A stretch of DNA of 63,881 nucleotides, counting the filler, from Collodictyon triciliatum (Eukaryota), in the NCBI GenBank assembly GCA_043381765.1. It is 15 parts of 15 records of this genome, joined end to end, with 100 filler letters (N's around TTAATTAATTAA, not from the genome) between each part and the next. Parts side by side here need not be neighbours in the genome. Positions count along the whole stretch, not along the records: positions 44,531 to 48,874 come from JBHJMP010006209.1; positions 48,975 to 53,316 come from JBHJMP010006210.1; positions 53,417 to 57,758 come from JBHJMP010006211.1; positions 57,859 to 62,199 come from JBHJMP010006212.1; 11 more parts are not named here. The stretch is one strand, 5' to 3'. The number at the start of each line of letters is the position of its first letter. Position 1 is the first letter of the stretch. Positions 48,379 through 62,045 of this stretch are shown piece by piece. Made by a program: the position numbers and the translations under genes. The notes under the pieces are model-generated. The model was not told where the DNA came from. It searched no databases and saw only the letters and a list, made by a program, of their open reading frames with translations.

Positions 48379-48974
48379 GCAATCGGGGACTTACTCCATC
48401 ATGCCAACCAACAAACATGAATAAAGGAAAAAGGACGGTCAGACATGGATGCACAAGCAAGTCTGATCGGAAAGAATATGTAGGGCTGATGCAAGTTCAT
48501 CGTTGAGGACGATGGTTCGATAAATGCTTTATATAATTGATATATATGCATATAGCAGCATGCTTTGGTGTTACCTTTCGTGACCTTTCTTGGGAGATTG
48601 CAGCGACGTGACGAGCTGTGTGGGTTTGTGTCTGGACGTTGTTTCAAATGAATATTGGATGAGGATTTTATTTAAGTGATTTAACCTCCTGTTTCATTAT
48701 ACCATTAACTTGATTATTTACATTTACTTATTTACTTTTTTAGTACTCTCTTTTGTCCCTATGATATGATTATTGTTGTTTTTTATTATTGTTTTTTATT
48801 ATTGTTTTTTATTATTGTTTTTTATTATTGTTTTTTATTATTGTTTTTTATTATTGTTTTTTATTATTGTTTTTNNNNNNNNNNNNNNNNNNNNNNNNNN
48901 NNNNNNNNNNNNNNNNNNTTAATTAATTAANNNNNNNNNNNNNNNNNNNNNNNNNNNNNNNNNNNNNNNNNNNN

Positions 48975-49470
48975 GAAACAAAAAACAACAAAACAACAAA
49001 AGAAAAGACAACAAAACAAAACAAAACAAAACAAAACAAAACAAAACAAAACAAAACAAAACAAAACAAAACAAAACAAAACAAAACAAAACAAAAGAAC
49101 AAAACAAAACAAAAGAAAAGACAACAAAACAAAACAAAACAAAACAAAGAAAACAAAACAAAAACAAAACAAAGAAAACAAAACAAAAACAACAAAACAA
49201 AACAAAAAACAAAAAACAACAAAACAAAACAAAAGAACAAAAAACAAAAGAAACAAAAGAAACGACAACAAAACAAAACAAAAGAACAAAAAACAAAAAA
49301 CAACAAAAAAACAACATCAAGAAACAACATCAAAAAACAACATCAAAAAACAACATCAAAAAACAACATCAAAAAACAACAAAAAACAACAAAAAAACAA
49401 CAAAAAACAACAAAAAAACAACAAAAAAACAACAAAAAAACAAAACAAGAAACAAAGCGAAGCAAAGCAA
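48975..49470. repeat. (AAAAC)n-type low-complexity tract
   Basis: Read directly from the sequence; source of the F/C/V/L-rich spurious ORFs. Confidence 0.95.
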
Positions 49471-49619
49471 ACAACAATACATCATGAACTTTATAAAACT
49501 GTGGCTATATTATCATTCATTATTTGTTTTTATCCAACATTTGCTACCCTAATCATGGACATATGTGCGAAATTAATATCATATTTCAGTCTTCCTCATT
49601 TATTTTCATCAATTCCTAG

Positions 49620-49741
49620 TGTGTCTTCGCATGCAGGTGAACCCCGTAAATAAAATGGGTATTTCCAAAGGCCGAGCTTTTGCTGATTTTGTCTTTTGCC
49701 ACATCATCCTTTTCCTCGTCTCTACTAACTTTCTGGGTTAA
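49620..49741 (+). CDS. DAD1: Oligosaccharyltransferase subunit DAD1/OST2, terminal exon
   Basis: After the CCTAG acceptor: (V)[39 protein letters not shown], matching the DAD1 C-terminus. Not in the ORF track. Confidence 0.9.
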
Positions 49742-51298
49742 GACCAGTATCGCTCGACTTTCACGGTCACAAAGTGTGATTTTCGGCGTGAAATCATCTC
49801 TATCTATGCCGGCTTAATAGTCAATCAGACATCTGAATTACTCAAGTCGTATGATGGGAATATTTTCTTTTCTTCTTTTTTTGCAGTCGCCTGAAAACAC
49901 ATTCATTCCTGCGTTCCGCTTTTTTCATTCTTTCTATGCGACTTTCCCGTTTAACTGGAACGAATAAAAACATACTGAAAAAACAAGGAAAAAATAAGTC
50001 AATAATTGTATTTACGTGCGAGTCAAGCCTTATTCTTCTTGCATCACCAATATGTAGAGAATATCCATCGTAGTCGATTATTTTAGGCTAAATTATTTTT
50101 ATAAATTGAGGACAGAAAAAAGTCTACAGAGCAATCATGCAAGTTGGGCTACACTTTAGGGCAAAAATGAAGCATACATGCATACAACTAGAGGATAGAG
50201 AGAAACGAGCCACCAAGTCCATGGAAGTATCTGCTGACAGCCTCTTATTTCTTTTTTGCGTTGCTCGGATGCACAGGAATTCATTAAAAGATACGCATGA
50301 GAAGGAATGTGTACTCCAGCAGATATAAAGCAAAATAAAACAACATGAGAATGTGCGCCCAAATGAGGCACCTGAATCACGCAATCAAGGTACTTTGGAA
50401 CTCCTCCACGGACAAAGGTGGGATAATTGCCAAAGAATATGCACATCTGGTGCACAAGGGAATGGCTTTATTCTGTTTTCTTTCACCACTAAAATTAATC
50501 TGAATGGAAAAAAAAAAAAGCAAATAGCAAAAATTGATGCGATTAGACACAAGTATCCGAAAGTCTTGTCTCTACGACGATATGGTCTAGATGCTTTATA
50601 GTGGTTAATGTAATTTGTTTTGGCTTGAGGTCGGCCTGATTTTAATCAATTGCCACAAGGTAGGCAATCACGGGAGACAAAGCCTCTTTGTTTGGGTACA
50701 CTCTTCTTGGTATGCGTAACTGGGATGTCGTGGTCGCGCAATATGCCTCGCGTTTTGCACACAAGAATACTTTTGCTTAGTTTCCGTCTTTGTTACTATT
50801 CTTTGAATGTTCTCCTTTTTCTGTGGCAGGTGTCATTTGTGTCTGAACAAAATGTCACCAGGTCAAAAACCTAATAGGGTTGAGACGAAAAGCCAGAACA
50901 GAGGTAAAGGAAAATACTGCCAGAGAAAGAGGAAGAGGCAGGACATATTTCTTTGGACAAAACTAAGAGCCTCGACACTGAGATTGAACGAAATGAAGAC
51001 GTAAATCAAAGTGAAGGGGAAAAAAAACAAGGCACCAAAGAAGCGCCTTGGAACCGCGATCGAAACATCTTATCTTTTCTTTTCCTCCAGGGAAGCACAC
51101 AAGCACACCAACGAGAGCAACGCACGGGTGTCACCGACGCAGATCACACAGTCTCCACTGTTTTCACTCAAAGCCAGCAAACCCGAACCTGGAACATAGT
51201 CTAGGCACTCGATCACCACATACAACCGCAAGTCCATCCAATTGTATCTGCAAAATAAATAATTTAGGAACTGTTCGGCCTGTTACCAATCAAATACG

Positions 51299-53035
51299 AT
51301 GGAAAGGCCCTATTCCGCAGCTGACAACACTTCCGGCCACAAAAACACATCCCATTCGGCCAAGGTGGAGCAAGATGGCCTGCAGCAAACTCAAACCATA
51401 GAGGAGAGAGTTTCGTCAAAGAAAGATGCGCACCCTGACATGGAAAACTGCATCGCGAGAAGCTCAGAGCAAAAGCAAACATCGGAAGAGAGTAGTCCCA
51501 ACCCACCAGACGGTAATATGTCCTCGGTACACGATGCGCCAGCCTCGCTGGAGAGAAACCGAAGTTGGAGAAATTCAGTGGAATATGGAGCGATAACATC
51601 CTTCCATTTATTACTTCACTCTGCGCTGCTTGGAATGATACCATCGCTCTTTGCATTTGCTATATTTGGGTCGACATGGATGCTGGATATCAATTACACA
51701 GAAGTTCTGGTGTATTACCTTGTAACTGTCGATATATTCATATTTTTTACATATATATGTGTTTACCACATCGCTGTTTACATGTTTGGGGTAAAGAAAT
51801 CCCGATATCTCTTCTTTAAAATCAGCATCCCTTTGGTTATAATTCACATATTATTGTATAACTTGAGGGTTTTATATCAAATTTCAGCTCTTTCGATTTC
51901 CTACTACGGTGTTTTCGTAATTTATTGTTGCACAATGTTGTTCAAAGGAAAAGAATATGACCACCAGAATTCAGATATGGCTACTGTAAAACCTCATTAT
52001 CGCATCCTTTCATCCGATGGAACACTGAAGGCTATAGCCAAGGGATTTATTCCCTACGTTGTGGTATACTATTTTGCGGTTAATTATTTTATGCCAAGCA
52101 TTTTGAAGTCCACCATAACAGTCCGTATCATATGCAGAACCTTATTGCTGCCCTTGCTCTTTAGTATAATAGAGAGCCATCAGTCTTCTCAAATTATAAA
52201 AAAGTCTTGTGCGCAAATGAAATACCGAATGATAGTGGGAAATTTTTCTCACTTTATAACACTGAGCATGCTAAGGCTTTTAACGTCTAATTCAACCAAT
52301 CTTATAGAGACTTTAATAATGTCAGCTTCGTCGGGATTTACTAAAATTCTGATGCGTTGGTCATACATCCCTAGAACAATAATAATCAGAAACCTATGGG
52401 AAAATATATCTAACGCAAAAATATTCTCTTGTTTTAGTAAAGTTGAAGTTGAAAATTTCAGTAATCTGCCTCATTCTAGCCAACCTAGCTCCTCTATAAC
52501 AAAAGGATTACGATTGGGGACCGCATTCGATGTTCGGTCGGAGACAAGGAATGAAAATAGGGAGAACGCGGCGAACCAAGAGGAACATGTTTTAGATTCA
52601 AATTTTGGGGTCTCCAATCTGAAGAATATATTATTCAACATCGACAAGGAACTCGGAATGAATAAGAATATAATGACCCATCATTTGTATCGTTCTTACT
52701 TCGTATCTTTATGCGAGTTTCAACTTGTTTTATTCATTCCTGTTACTTTATTTTTACACCGGCCTGTACGAGACTATGTCATATTTCAAACCTTTTCCAG
52801 CTTTGAGCTGTCACTTTTTAGTTTTTTGATTCAATTGCCGATTGAAATTGCTACCCAAATCATCTGCATATCCTTGGATAACTATTTCTATGGAGTTGAA
52901 ATACCAATGAAAAAATCATTGAAGAGTCTGTCAAAGGCTTCTCATTTGGTTAGAACAGCTCTTGTTTCAATCAGTGTTTTTTACCTTGCCACAAATTCTT
53001 TCTGGCTCTCGATTAGTTATTGGCCAAAAGACTAA
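51299..53035 (+). CDS. Intronless 578-aa multi-pass membrane protein of unknown family
   Basis: Long ORF with a disordered N-terminus, roughly 10-11 hydrophobic segments by eye and a large hydrophilic loop near aa 370-460. Confidence 0.8.
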   Translation: MERPYSAADNTSGHKNTSHSAKVEQDGLQQTQTIEERVSSKKDAHPDMENCIARSSEQKQTSEESSPNPPDGNMSSVHDAPASLERNRSWRNSVEYGAITSFHLLLHSALLGMIPSLFAFAIFGSTWMLDINYTEVLVYYLVTVDIFIFFTYICVYHIAVYMFGVKKSRYLFFKISIPLVIIHILLYNLRVLYQISALSISYYGVFVIYCCTMLFKGKEYDHQNSDMATVKPHYRILSSDGTLKAIAKGFIPYVVVYYFAVNYFMPSILKSTITVRIICRTLLLPLLFSIIESHQSSQIIKKSCAQMKYRMIVGNFSHFITLSMLRLLTSNSTNLIETLIMSASSGFTKILMRWSYIPRTIIIRNLWENISNAKIFSCFSKVEVENFSNLPHSSQPSSSITKGLRLGTAFDVRSETRNENRENAANQEEHVLDSNFGVSNLKNILFNIDKELGMNKNIMTHHLYRSYFVSLCEFQLVLFIPVTLFLHRPVRDYVIFQTFSSFELSLFSFLIQLPIEIATQIICISLDNYFYGVEIPMKKSLKSLSKASHLVRTALVSISVFYLATNSFWLSISYWPKD

Positions 53036-53253
53036 TTGCAAGAATATCTGGTACTGCTTCATTAATCTCATGACATTATATAAATTGCGAAACGTATATC
53101 TTAATATTGACACATTCATATTTATATCATTTTCTTCCTTTCGACCTCCCATTTACAAGAGTATTGTGGTTCTATTTACTTTTTTTTTTATTGAAGCTCT
53201 TTTGTTTTCTTGTTTTCTTGTTTTTTTGTTTTTTGTTTTTTTGTTCTTTTTTT

Positions 53254-53316
<63 letters not shown>

Positions 53317-53824
53317 NNNNNNNNNNNNNNNNNNNNNNNNNNNNNNNNNNNNNNNNNNNNTTAATTAATTAANNNNNNNNNNNNNNNNNNNNNNNNNNNN
53401 NNNNNNNNNNNNNNNNCTTCCAGACCCACCAAAGCCCCCAAATCTGCCCTAGTCTGCACACACACACACACAACACACACACAGATGTCCTCTTCACAAA
53501 CCGCGGGGTGGGCTGCACAACCCTGACACAGCAAGAATAGCTTTCCCGGCATCCTCTTCGCTCTTTTAGCCTTTTAGCTGTTCATGTGTGTCTGCTTGTC
53601 TGTCTCTTTTCCCGCACTTGTGCAGCTTTCTTCCTATCGACATAATAATAAAAAGTTTTTTCTTTCTACAGGCTAACGCAGTTTTATCAAACACGTCCGT
53701 CTTTCGCCTCAGTACAAAGCGATGATACAGTAAAAAACAAAAAACAAAAAACAAAAAAAACCCATTAAATAAGAAAAAAGAAAAGGAAGATAAAAAGTAC
53801 CACTCCCTTTCCCCTACGAGCCAG

Positions 53825-55361
53825 ATGGACAGCGAAGTAGAGCAGCCCAAGAAGAGCGAGGCTCAGTTCGTCTGCATCCTGTTGCGCAGCGGTTTAGGGC
53901 CCCAGGTTGACTCCCTTTCGCCCAGCGACTTTGACACTTGGCTGTCCTCACAAGAGCAGAGTCGTTGGGCGATGGCGTTGGAAGCCTGCCCAAGGCAGGA
54001 GCAAAAGAACAGCGACGGGTGCGAAAGTGATGCTTTGGCTGCAGATCGCCCGGGAGACAACCAACAAAACTTGACTTCGCCCTTCGGGCAGTTTCGGCTC
54101 TTGCTGGTGGGTCTGGGACATAGTCTTATATTTACACCGATATATGAGCGATTGTATATACGTGCATGTGATGATACTAGGGACGCATGTCAACTTTGTA
54201 TTATTTATCTCATGCGACCTTTTCTTCTCTTTTTCTTTTTTCTTCTTCCTTCTTCCTTCTTCCTTCTTCCTTTTTGCTTCTTCCTTCTTCCTTCTTCCTT
54301 CTTCCTTTTTGCTTTTTGCTTTTTGCTTTTTTGCTTTTTGCTTTTTTCTTACGAAAATACAAGCATAATATATGCACGTAAAATAGCCGTCTCTCTGATA
54401 CATAGTGCGATAGTGTCAATTTCATGTGCCATTAAACTTTATTATGCAAAGTAAAATATAATCAAGTCATATGATTCAGACAGAGAAGATAAAACAAGCT
54501 TTTGACTGCCAAGACTTTGGACAGATGCAAATATATCACCGCAGCAAATTACGTATCGACGAAAACCCAGATTGTGAGCATAATCTTGGAGAGACCCAGA
54601 AGTGTAAGTGATTAATCAAGAAAAGCAGATGGAATTGAAAAGAAAGTGCTTTCTTTCATTTATCACATATATCATCATATAAACCGATTCATACGAAGCA
54701 ACCCTCACCCTCATTATATTTTATGTCTTTATTATCGACTACATTCTCATTAGGTATCTTGGTATCTGTTGAAGAGGCTTACTTTCAGAAACTGTATGAA
54801 GATGATAACGTCTCATCAGAAAACCCTAAAGTGCTCTTAGTGGCCGTTGAATCAAAAAAGCCAGATACAAGTGAGGCGCTAGAAGAGACGTCTCAAAGTA
54901 TTGAAAAAGTACTTGTGGAATCAGCACCAAATGAGCCCATATCACCCATTTTACCTTCCGTGTATGCTTTCATAAATTCCTGTACACTCTTTTGCAATTG
55001 TTGGTCAGCTTTTTCACTCATTACCGAGCACAAAATATTTTATCAATTCCAATTTAACGAGAATTTGTGATAAAAAAACGATATCTTAAGCTACGGAAAA
55101 GAAGTGGAACTTAGCGAGGTGGAATGTTGTGTTGTTGTCAACGCACAATCAACATTCGAATATTCATCTGGGGACGACAATTTGCCTCCTCGGGTGCGTT
55201 TGGTCTTTTCCTCATACTTTTTTTGTAATTAGTTATGCTGCTTTTTGTTTGTGACCTCTTATTTTTAAATCAGTTTATTAAATTTCAGATGTATTGTTGT
55301 CAAAACATTATAGCAAACCTAAAATTCAATTACATTTATCCATTTCTTTTCGTCCATTTCC

Positions 55362-55415
<54 letters not shown>

Positions 55416-56243
55416 GTCCCGATTAAAGCCGTTTCACAAAAAAAGGAAGGCAAACGACAGCTCTGATAGCGACTTTTTTACAGCTGATGTCAATTTGGTC
55501 GGAAATCCGAATAGAAAGAAAGGAAGGAGAATATCATGTGAGATTGATGATGAAAGTGATACCCAAAATGAAGAGGAGATCTCTATTACAACAGAAAACC
55601 ACGTTAGTATATTAATTTTTCAGAAGAAAAAAATACACTCAGCAGCTTTTCACTACTATCCTTTTTATTTATGTAAATGATCTAATTTCTGGTTATCCGA
55701 CATGGTCTTTAGTTGCCTTAACAATTTGGAAATCTAATCGCTGGCCTAAATCACTGATTATTGTTATTATTATTACAACAAGGACTCGAGAAAAAATGGA
55801 GTCAGAAAGGCCACAGTCAGGAAAGTTATCTGGATGCCCGCAGGAAATGCGTTGCTTCTCGTTAATGATGTATGTGATCTTATGCTTGCGAGCTACCCTC
55901 GAATGAAAATTATGTACTTATCAGGAAGCCTCCTCATAAACAAAAGAAGATTAGTTGGGGTGTCATTTTTTTTTTCTGAGACAGAATCCTACACTACCTA
56001 ACCCATTTTTTTTTTTAAGTATCTAAATAGTGCGGGGGTTCCTCTAGCGAAACCGAATCAGTTTCTTGTGATGGACGAAGAGACTCGTTGCTTGATTCTT
56101 CGACAAGAAATCAAGAAGTTCGGAATTGACGTCTTTTCGAGGGACGCCAACAAATTGCAACTCCAGCTGTTAACTATCCTCGTGCATCAATCCATCGGCA
56201 AAGTTAGAAGGGACGCGAGTAACAGATATGTTCTGGTAAAATG
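53825..56243 (+). CDS. Multi-exon hypothetical protein
   Basis: ATG at 53825. Apparent AG/GT-bounded exons at ~53825-54106, 54480-54603, 54754-54959, 55091-55192, 55418-55602 and 56020-56243. No recognised domain; boundaries approximate. Confidence 0.55.
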
Positions 56244-56301
56244 AGAGTGCTATAGGCACAGGGTGCAAATTACGCTTCAGGTCGAGCTGCCTGAAAATTT
56301 T

Positions 56302-56333
<32 letters not shown>

Positions 56334-56716
56334 ATGAAAAATAACCGGCGACATGATTATAAAGGAAATTATATATTCCTGAGACACGTTTGCGCTCTTA
56401 ACTTGGTTTATGTCAGGGACTGAAAGAGGAATAAATATTCCATCTTCTTCGTAACGGTAACATAAACGACGTGTAGGTTGGTGATATGTGTGTTGGAGAT
56501 AAGTTGATTTTGAAGGAGGAAACATCCTGAACACTCACACACAAAAGAAAAAAAATCCAAAAAAAATCATTTGTGTAGAAAAGGACAAAGAGCATTTGTA
56601 AGTGATAATAATAAATCGAGTGAATATGGGAAGTTTCTGTATATATCCCTCCCTCTTGCCTTCCAATATCCTGTTATTGAATATTCGGTGTATCTCATAT
56701 CGCAGAGGGGTAGTGA

Positions 56717-57603
56717 TTAGCTTGTTGCACAGTTTCCAGAGCCTGCCCTATCGAACTTCTGCTGGGCTACAAGGTCACCTGCATCGGCAGCTTTACCGTA
56801 CCAAGCCATCGCACTTCGAAGGTTTTTCATCGTGCCGAGGCCTTTGGCAAAGCATTCTGCAACATTTCTCATGGCCTCTGCGTGTCCCTGGTTGGCTGCA
56901 AGCTTATACCAATCGAACGCTTGTGCCATATCCTTTGGTACACCTTTGCCTGTCGCGTAGCGTGTTCCCATAATGAATTGGGCCTCTCGGTCGCCATTAT
57001 CAAAGATAAATTGGCATAAATCTGTCCGTACGTCGATTGTTGGGGCGAACTCTGCATCTTTGGCCTGTGTGATAATAGATGTGGTTTTCGTCGGAGAGGG
57101 TAGCGTTTCGCTTAAGGGGTTATCTGGTCTAGGGTGTCCTTGTGTTGTTAGATTCACTTGGTAGCTCTTTTGGCTTCCAGCTTGTCGGAACCTTGTGATG
57201 GCTTCCGTTTTATCTTTTGCAACACCGTAACCCTCACGAAACATCAGTCCCATCATTCGTTGAGAATATGAATGACCCACATCTGATGCTTTTTGGTACC
57301 ACTTTGCGGCTGTACCGTAGTCTCTGGTGAGAAGGGTTCCCTGGAAATAGATGTCACCGAGTTTTGCAAAGGCGTCAATAAGCCCATGGTCACCACATAT
57401 TTTCAAATGCTCCACAGCAGCATCGGCATTTGGTTTCGTTCCTATACCATCCAGCAGGCACAAAGCCATTTGATAGCGAGAGCGAGTGTGGTTCTTCTTT
57501 GCGCCTAGCTTGAACAAACCAAAAGCCAGCTGGTAGAGAGGAGTATCTTGATGATTCTCAACCATCCTTGGAGTACTCGGACTAGATGATTGCCCAAAAG
57601 AAC
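56717..57603 (-). CDS. Sel1-like repeat protein, terminal exon
   Basis: Canonical SLR motifs AFAKLGDIYFQGTLLTRDYGTAAKWYQKASDVGH and AQFIMGTRYATGKGVPKDMAQAFDWYKLAANQGH. Confidence 0.92.
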
Positions 57604-57723
57604 CTTGAAATTAAGGTGAATTGTTATTGGTATTTTGAGAATACGAACACACCACATGAATTACGAACTCCAGAGTTCGGTTGAAATTAAAAAAAAAAGA
57701 AAAAAAGAAAAAAAGAAAAAAAG

Positions 57724-57758
<35 letters not shown>

Positions 57759-58071
57759 NNNNNNNNNNNNNNNNNNNNNNNNNNNNNNNNNNNNNNNNNN
57801 NNTTAATTAATTAANNNNNNNNNNNNNNNNNNNNNNNNNNNNNNNNNNNNNNNNNNNNACACAAGACACAAGACACAAGACACAAGACACAAGACACAAG
57901 ACACAAGACACAAGACACAAGACACAAGACACAAGACACAAGACACAAGACACAAGACACAAGAAAAAGGGAAGGAGAGATTCGAATATTTCGTTTTGAA
58001 ATACGGTGTCGTATGGCAACAACAATATTTCCATAGGAATGTCCAGCAAAGCTGCGGTAAGTTGCATTCAC

Positions 58072-59514
58072 CTCGGTAACATCAATCGGAATGCCACCGA
58101 CATAGAGTCGACGGATGATACGGGTAAGCTGAGGCAATGCGCCTGGTGTTAAGATTGGAATGTTTGGCAGGATGGTGGGCACTATCGCATGCATAGGCAT
58201 GTTTTCAATTCCGGGGGGTTTCATATCCCAATTATTCGAGCGTCGTGGTGCCTGGTCAAATTGGCTAGTGCTTCGAACGAACGTTAGGGCACTGAATGAA
58301 AGATTATATGTACTTCACGATTATCAATCGGGTATTTCAAACAACCAACAAATCAACATACCAACAAACATGCATATAAAAAACTGGACAACTTCTTCTT
58401 GAAAGAAAAAAGGAAGAAAGAGTTGACAACGCCATAGGTAGAACATGAACCATTTTAATACCTGCGAGACGACGGACTAGAGCCACGTTTACGATCACCT
58501 TCCATTAAAATACACATGTTGTAAGGCGTGATTGTAATTGTCATAAGGATTTTGTATGATTACAAATGCAGTGAGGTAATGATGAGGAAATAATGCTACT
58601 TTCAGGAGAACGCTTGCGGTCTTTTTCACGGTCTCTTTCACGGTCTCTGTCACGGTCTCTATCACGGTCTCTGCCACGGTCTTTTTCGCGGTCTCTATCA
58701 CGGTCTCTATCGCGGTCTCTATCACGGTCTCTGTCACGGTCTTTTTCACGGTCTCTGTCGCGGTCTCTATCACGGTCTTTTTCGCGGTCTCTATCACGGT
58801 CTTTTTCGCGGTCTCTGTCCCTCGCTTTCTCCTTTTCCTTTTCCTTTTCGCGTCCTCTATCCCGTTCTTTGTCTTTGTCCTTTTCTCGGTCTCTGTCGCG
58901 GTCTCGCCCTTTGTCCTTTTCCCTATCACGATCTTTTTCCTTCTCCTTCTCCTTTTCCTTTTCTCGATCTCGGTTTCGGTCCCGGTCTTTTTCTTTGTCT
59001 TTGGAGCGATCCTTGTCCTTTTCTCCCTCTTTTTTACGTTCCTTTTCTCTTCCCTCATCTCTGCTTTCTCTTTTTCTTTGCTCCTCCGTTCCCGTCTCTA
59101 TTCCAGGCTCAGTCTCTCCCTTCGCTGGTTGCGGCCCCACTTCCATCAGCTGCGTTTGTTCTGCAGACGAAACGGTGTCCTGCAGCTGAATAAAAATGTG
59201 ACAGCATCAATAGCAGCTCCGTATAATAACACGAGGATTAGTGTAAGTAAAAGTGTAACAAGAACGCAATATGTGGTGAGCTACACGCCCAACATTACTT
59301 TTTTCTTCTTCCTTTTTTCTTTTGTGTTTTTGCAATATTTTCTTCCTTTTTTTCGTTGATTTTGTCTTGGCTTTTCAGTTTTCCTCTTGGTCGAATGATC
59401 GCTCTTCTGGATGTTTTTCTATAGTCAGGAGGGACATACCTGGGCTTCGGAATCAGGGGCAGAGTCCAAAGCCGAGTCAAAAGTCTGGTCAGCCAAGCGG
59501 TTCTCTTCGCTCAT
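58072..59514 (-). CDS. U2AF2: Splicing factor U2AF large subunit (U2AF65); 3' partial
   Basis: Exons 59440-59514, 58600-59187 (RD/RE/KE repeats), 58462-58498 and 58072-58291. ULM RRSNNWDMKPPG and start of RRM1 LTRIIRRLYVGGIPIDVTE. Confidence 0.9.
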
Positions 59515-59716
59515 TCTCGGGCCTGTTGTGTTTATTTCTGGTGAGGGTCGAAAGATTATGCGCTGTGTATGCTGTGTTTGCTATATTAGAAGTGTGACAT
59601 TATCCCAGTCTGTACCCATCAAAGTATTTGTGCATATATGTTATGCTGTTGCGAATCAGGCGGTACTTTTGCCGTGGTTTTCAGAATTGCGAATCACTCT
59701 TGCGAGGGTTTGTGGC

Positions 59717-59775
<59 letters not shown>

Positions 59776-59776
59776 C

Positions 59777-59807
<31 letters not shown>

Positions 59808-60314
59808 GTGTTTTATTTTTATTTTTTTATCCGGTAAACAAACAAACCACTTTTCTGATTTTCGTGAATCAGGTTTCGTTGTGGTTGGAAATTCATGATC
59901 AGAGGTGGTTGATTTTGTGCGAGCCACAGATTCCATCAGAGCGAATCGTATCATGCCAACCGAGGCCATACTGCTCACTTCCTACTCTCGCAGAAGCATA
60001 CGAAAAGAAGTCGCCCATCTTCTAATCACTTGTCTTTTTATTTTGCAAAGGATAATAACCGCAGCTCTTGATTTTGTATCACAAGTGCTTATTTAGGATT
60101 ATTACACACAATCTCACCTTTCTCACCAGAAGTATCCCATGTGGTGTTTTCAGGACTTCCGGGTAACCCGTCCCTAATATCTGGGTGGCTGCATCCATGA
60201 TATGGATTTTGTCATCTTTCTAATTGTATTTGGAGCAACTTTTGGATTCCCGTGGTTTTGGATGAAGTAAATCTTGAGGACTATGGCCATATTATCTTAT
60301 TCAAACCCGCTCGT

Positions 60315-60480
60315 ATGCTGCATCTTGTTCACATCTCTATTCGTCCATGGTATTACCCCTGATAAAAAGTACCATTTTCTACTCCCGTTCTCCATGAGCT
60401 GCAGAGCTCTTATTGGTCGTTTTGGGAGTTTGAGACAATATCTGCGCCAGCCGCGAAGTAAAATTACGTATTATATCAGG
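60315..60480 (-). mobile_element. Possible decayed non-LTR RT thumb-region fragment
   Basis: IIRNFTSRLAQILSQTPKTTNKSSA / frameshift / YFLSGVIPWTNRDVNKMQH resembles the RL..IL...NK..AIN...Y..GVI.WT..EL motif downstream of LINE RT domains. Confidence 0.35.
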
Positions 60481-61954
60481 TAAGAATGTATACCAAACGA
60501 TTGTGTTGTATATATTAATATTAAACTGTGAGAGACGCATGGGTTATTGCACTGGTTTCGTTGCTTCAAAGTATCAGCTCTTTATGACCGACATTCTTAT
60601 TGCTCTCTAATCGATTGGAATGGTTATGATTCCCTTGTGGCAATATCAGAGCCATGTGGCATTCCGTGAGGTGCCATATCCTGCATTTTCATTCATATAT
60701 AAAGTAGATTGAATACCCTAAGGTCCGAAATAGATAAGAATAATAATCATATTTAGAGCAACAGAACAAATAGTAATTAAACATCAAATGAAGAAAAATG
60801 AGGGCCCAGGCGATGCAAGCTCGCGCATGAGAAATAATACTAAATCATTGTGCGATAAATCTGTTTATGGCGTGCGAATAAGCATTGCGGTCCTACACTC
60901 ACAACATCATCGAATTTGTAGGCAATAAAGTATTCCTCTCAAGGATGACGGATAGCTCTGGAAACATCAGCGCACTTCATGGTTCGTTATTCAGCCTGTT
61001 GTCTCTCAACCATGAGTGAGTGAGTGAGCGAGTGAGTGAACTTGGCCTGTCCACCCGACCCAATCCAAGATATGTGTGTCTGTTTTACGTTTCAGGATTT
61101 TGAGGTAAGGTGTCTGATGAGAAGCCCGTCAAAGCTACATATAGATACAGCTTATGCAATATTTAGTAATGTATGAACGTGGGAAATAGTGCTAGATGGC
61201 AGTGTTTGTATGGAATGTTGTTAGATGAGCCTGTAAGTAATTAAAGGAAGCACGAAGCAAAAGGAGGGCTTTGGCTGTGATGAAGAGAGCTTTTGAGCAG
61301 GTTAGTCGCACGGCCCTTTGTTGACCAGAATAAGAAATCCAGCTTTGGGGAAAGGAGGGATTGTGTGGCCGGGTGCCTGACTGCCTGTTCGATAGACGTT
61401 ATAACATTCGATAGCAAACAAATTCGATAAATCTAGAGCGGTGTGCACCAGCGCGTTGATTGAAAATTAGAATAGTGGTTATATGGAGTATTTTGTTGGT
61501 TGTTAAATGTAATTTCCAGATATATAAAAATAATTTTCTTTGAAATCTGACCGAAGTGATAAAATGACTAATTGGGAACTGTACCATAAAAGTAAAGAAG
61601 CAAAGTATGCATGTATTTTTGTAATATATATCATGTTTTGTATTATATATATGAATTATAAAGCAATTATTGAATATCATAACTATATGTGTATTAAATC
61701 CACATTTGCATATCATTTTGGTTTTAAATTTTCAAAGCGTCATCCTTATGCAGTCGTTGAGCGCAACAGACAGGAAAACATTTGCGTCGATAACCTTATT
61801 CCTGTGTCTCACCACCGCAGGAGCAATGTTGCGAAGCGGCTGGAAAGGCATCACAAGTCGAATCAATATACCAGTGCACACTTCTCAGCCGAATACTATC
61901 GCTCCTGAGACAAGCCTCTATCGATCTCCCAATATTATTTTATTTCATTTATAG

Positions 61955-62045
61955 TATCATTATCATTATCATTATCATTATCATTATCATTATCATTATC
62001 ATTATCATTATCATTATCATTATCATTATCATTATCATTATCATT
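61955..62045. repeat. (ATCATT)n microsatellite
   Basis: Read directly from the sequence. Confidence 0.95.

Noticed and set aside
50300-50460. Bromodomain-like remnant (VLQQI..KQHENV..EAPE)
   Set aside because: It needs frameshifts and deletions and lacks the WPF and PMDL motifs; not supportable.
58593-59189. Plus-strand 'RS-rich' 198-aa ORF
   Set aside because: It is the antisense shadow of the RD/RE repeat of U2AF65.
61114-61145. Hammerhead ribozyme core (CTGATGAG)
   Set aside because: No stem II closing onto GAAA and no stems I/III could be formed.
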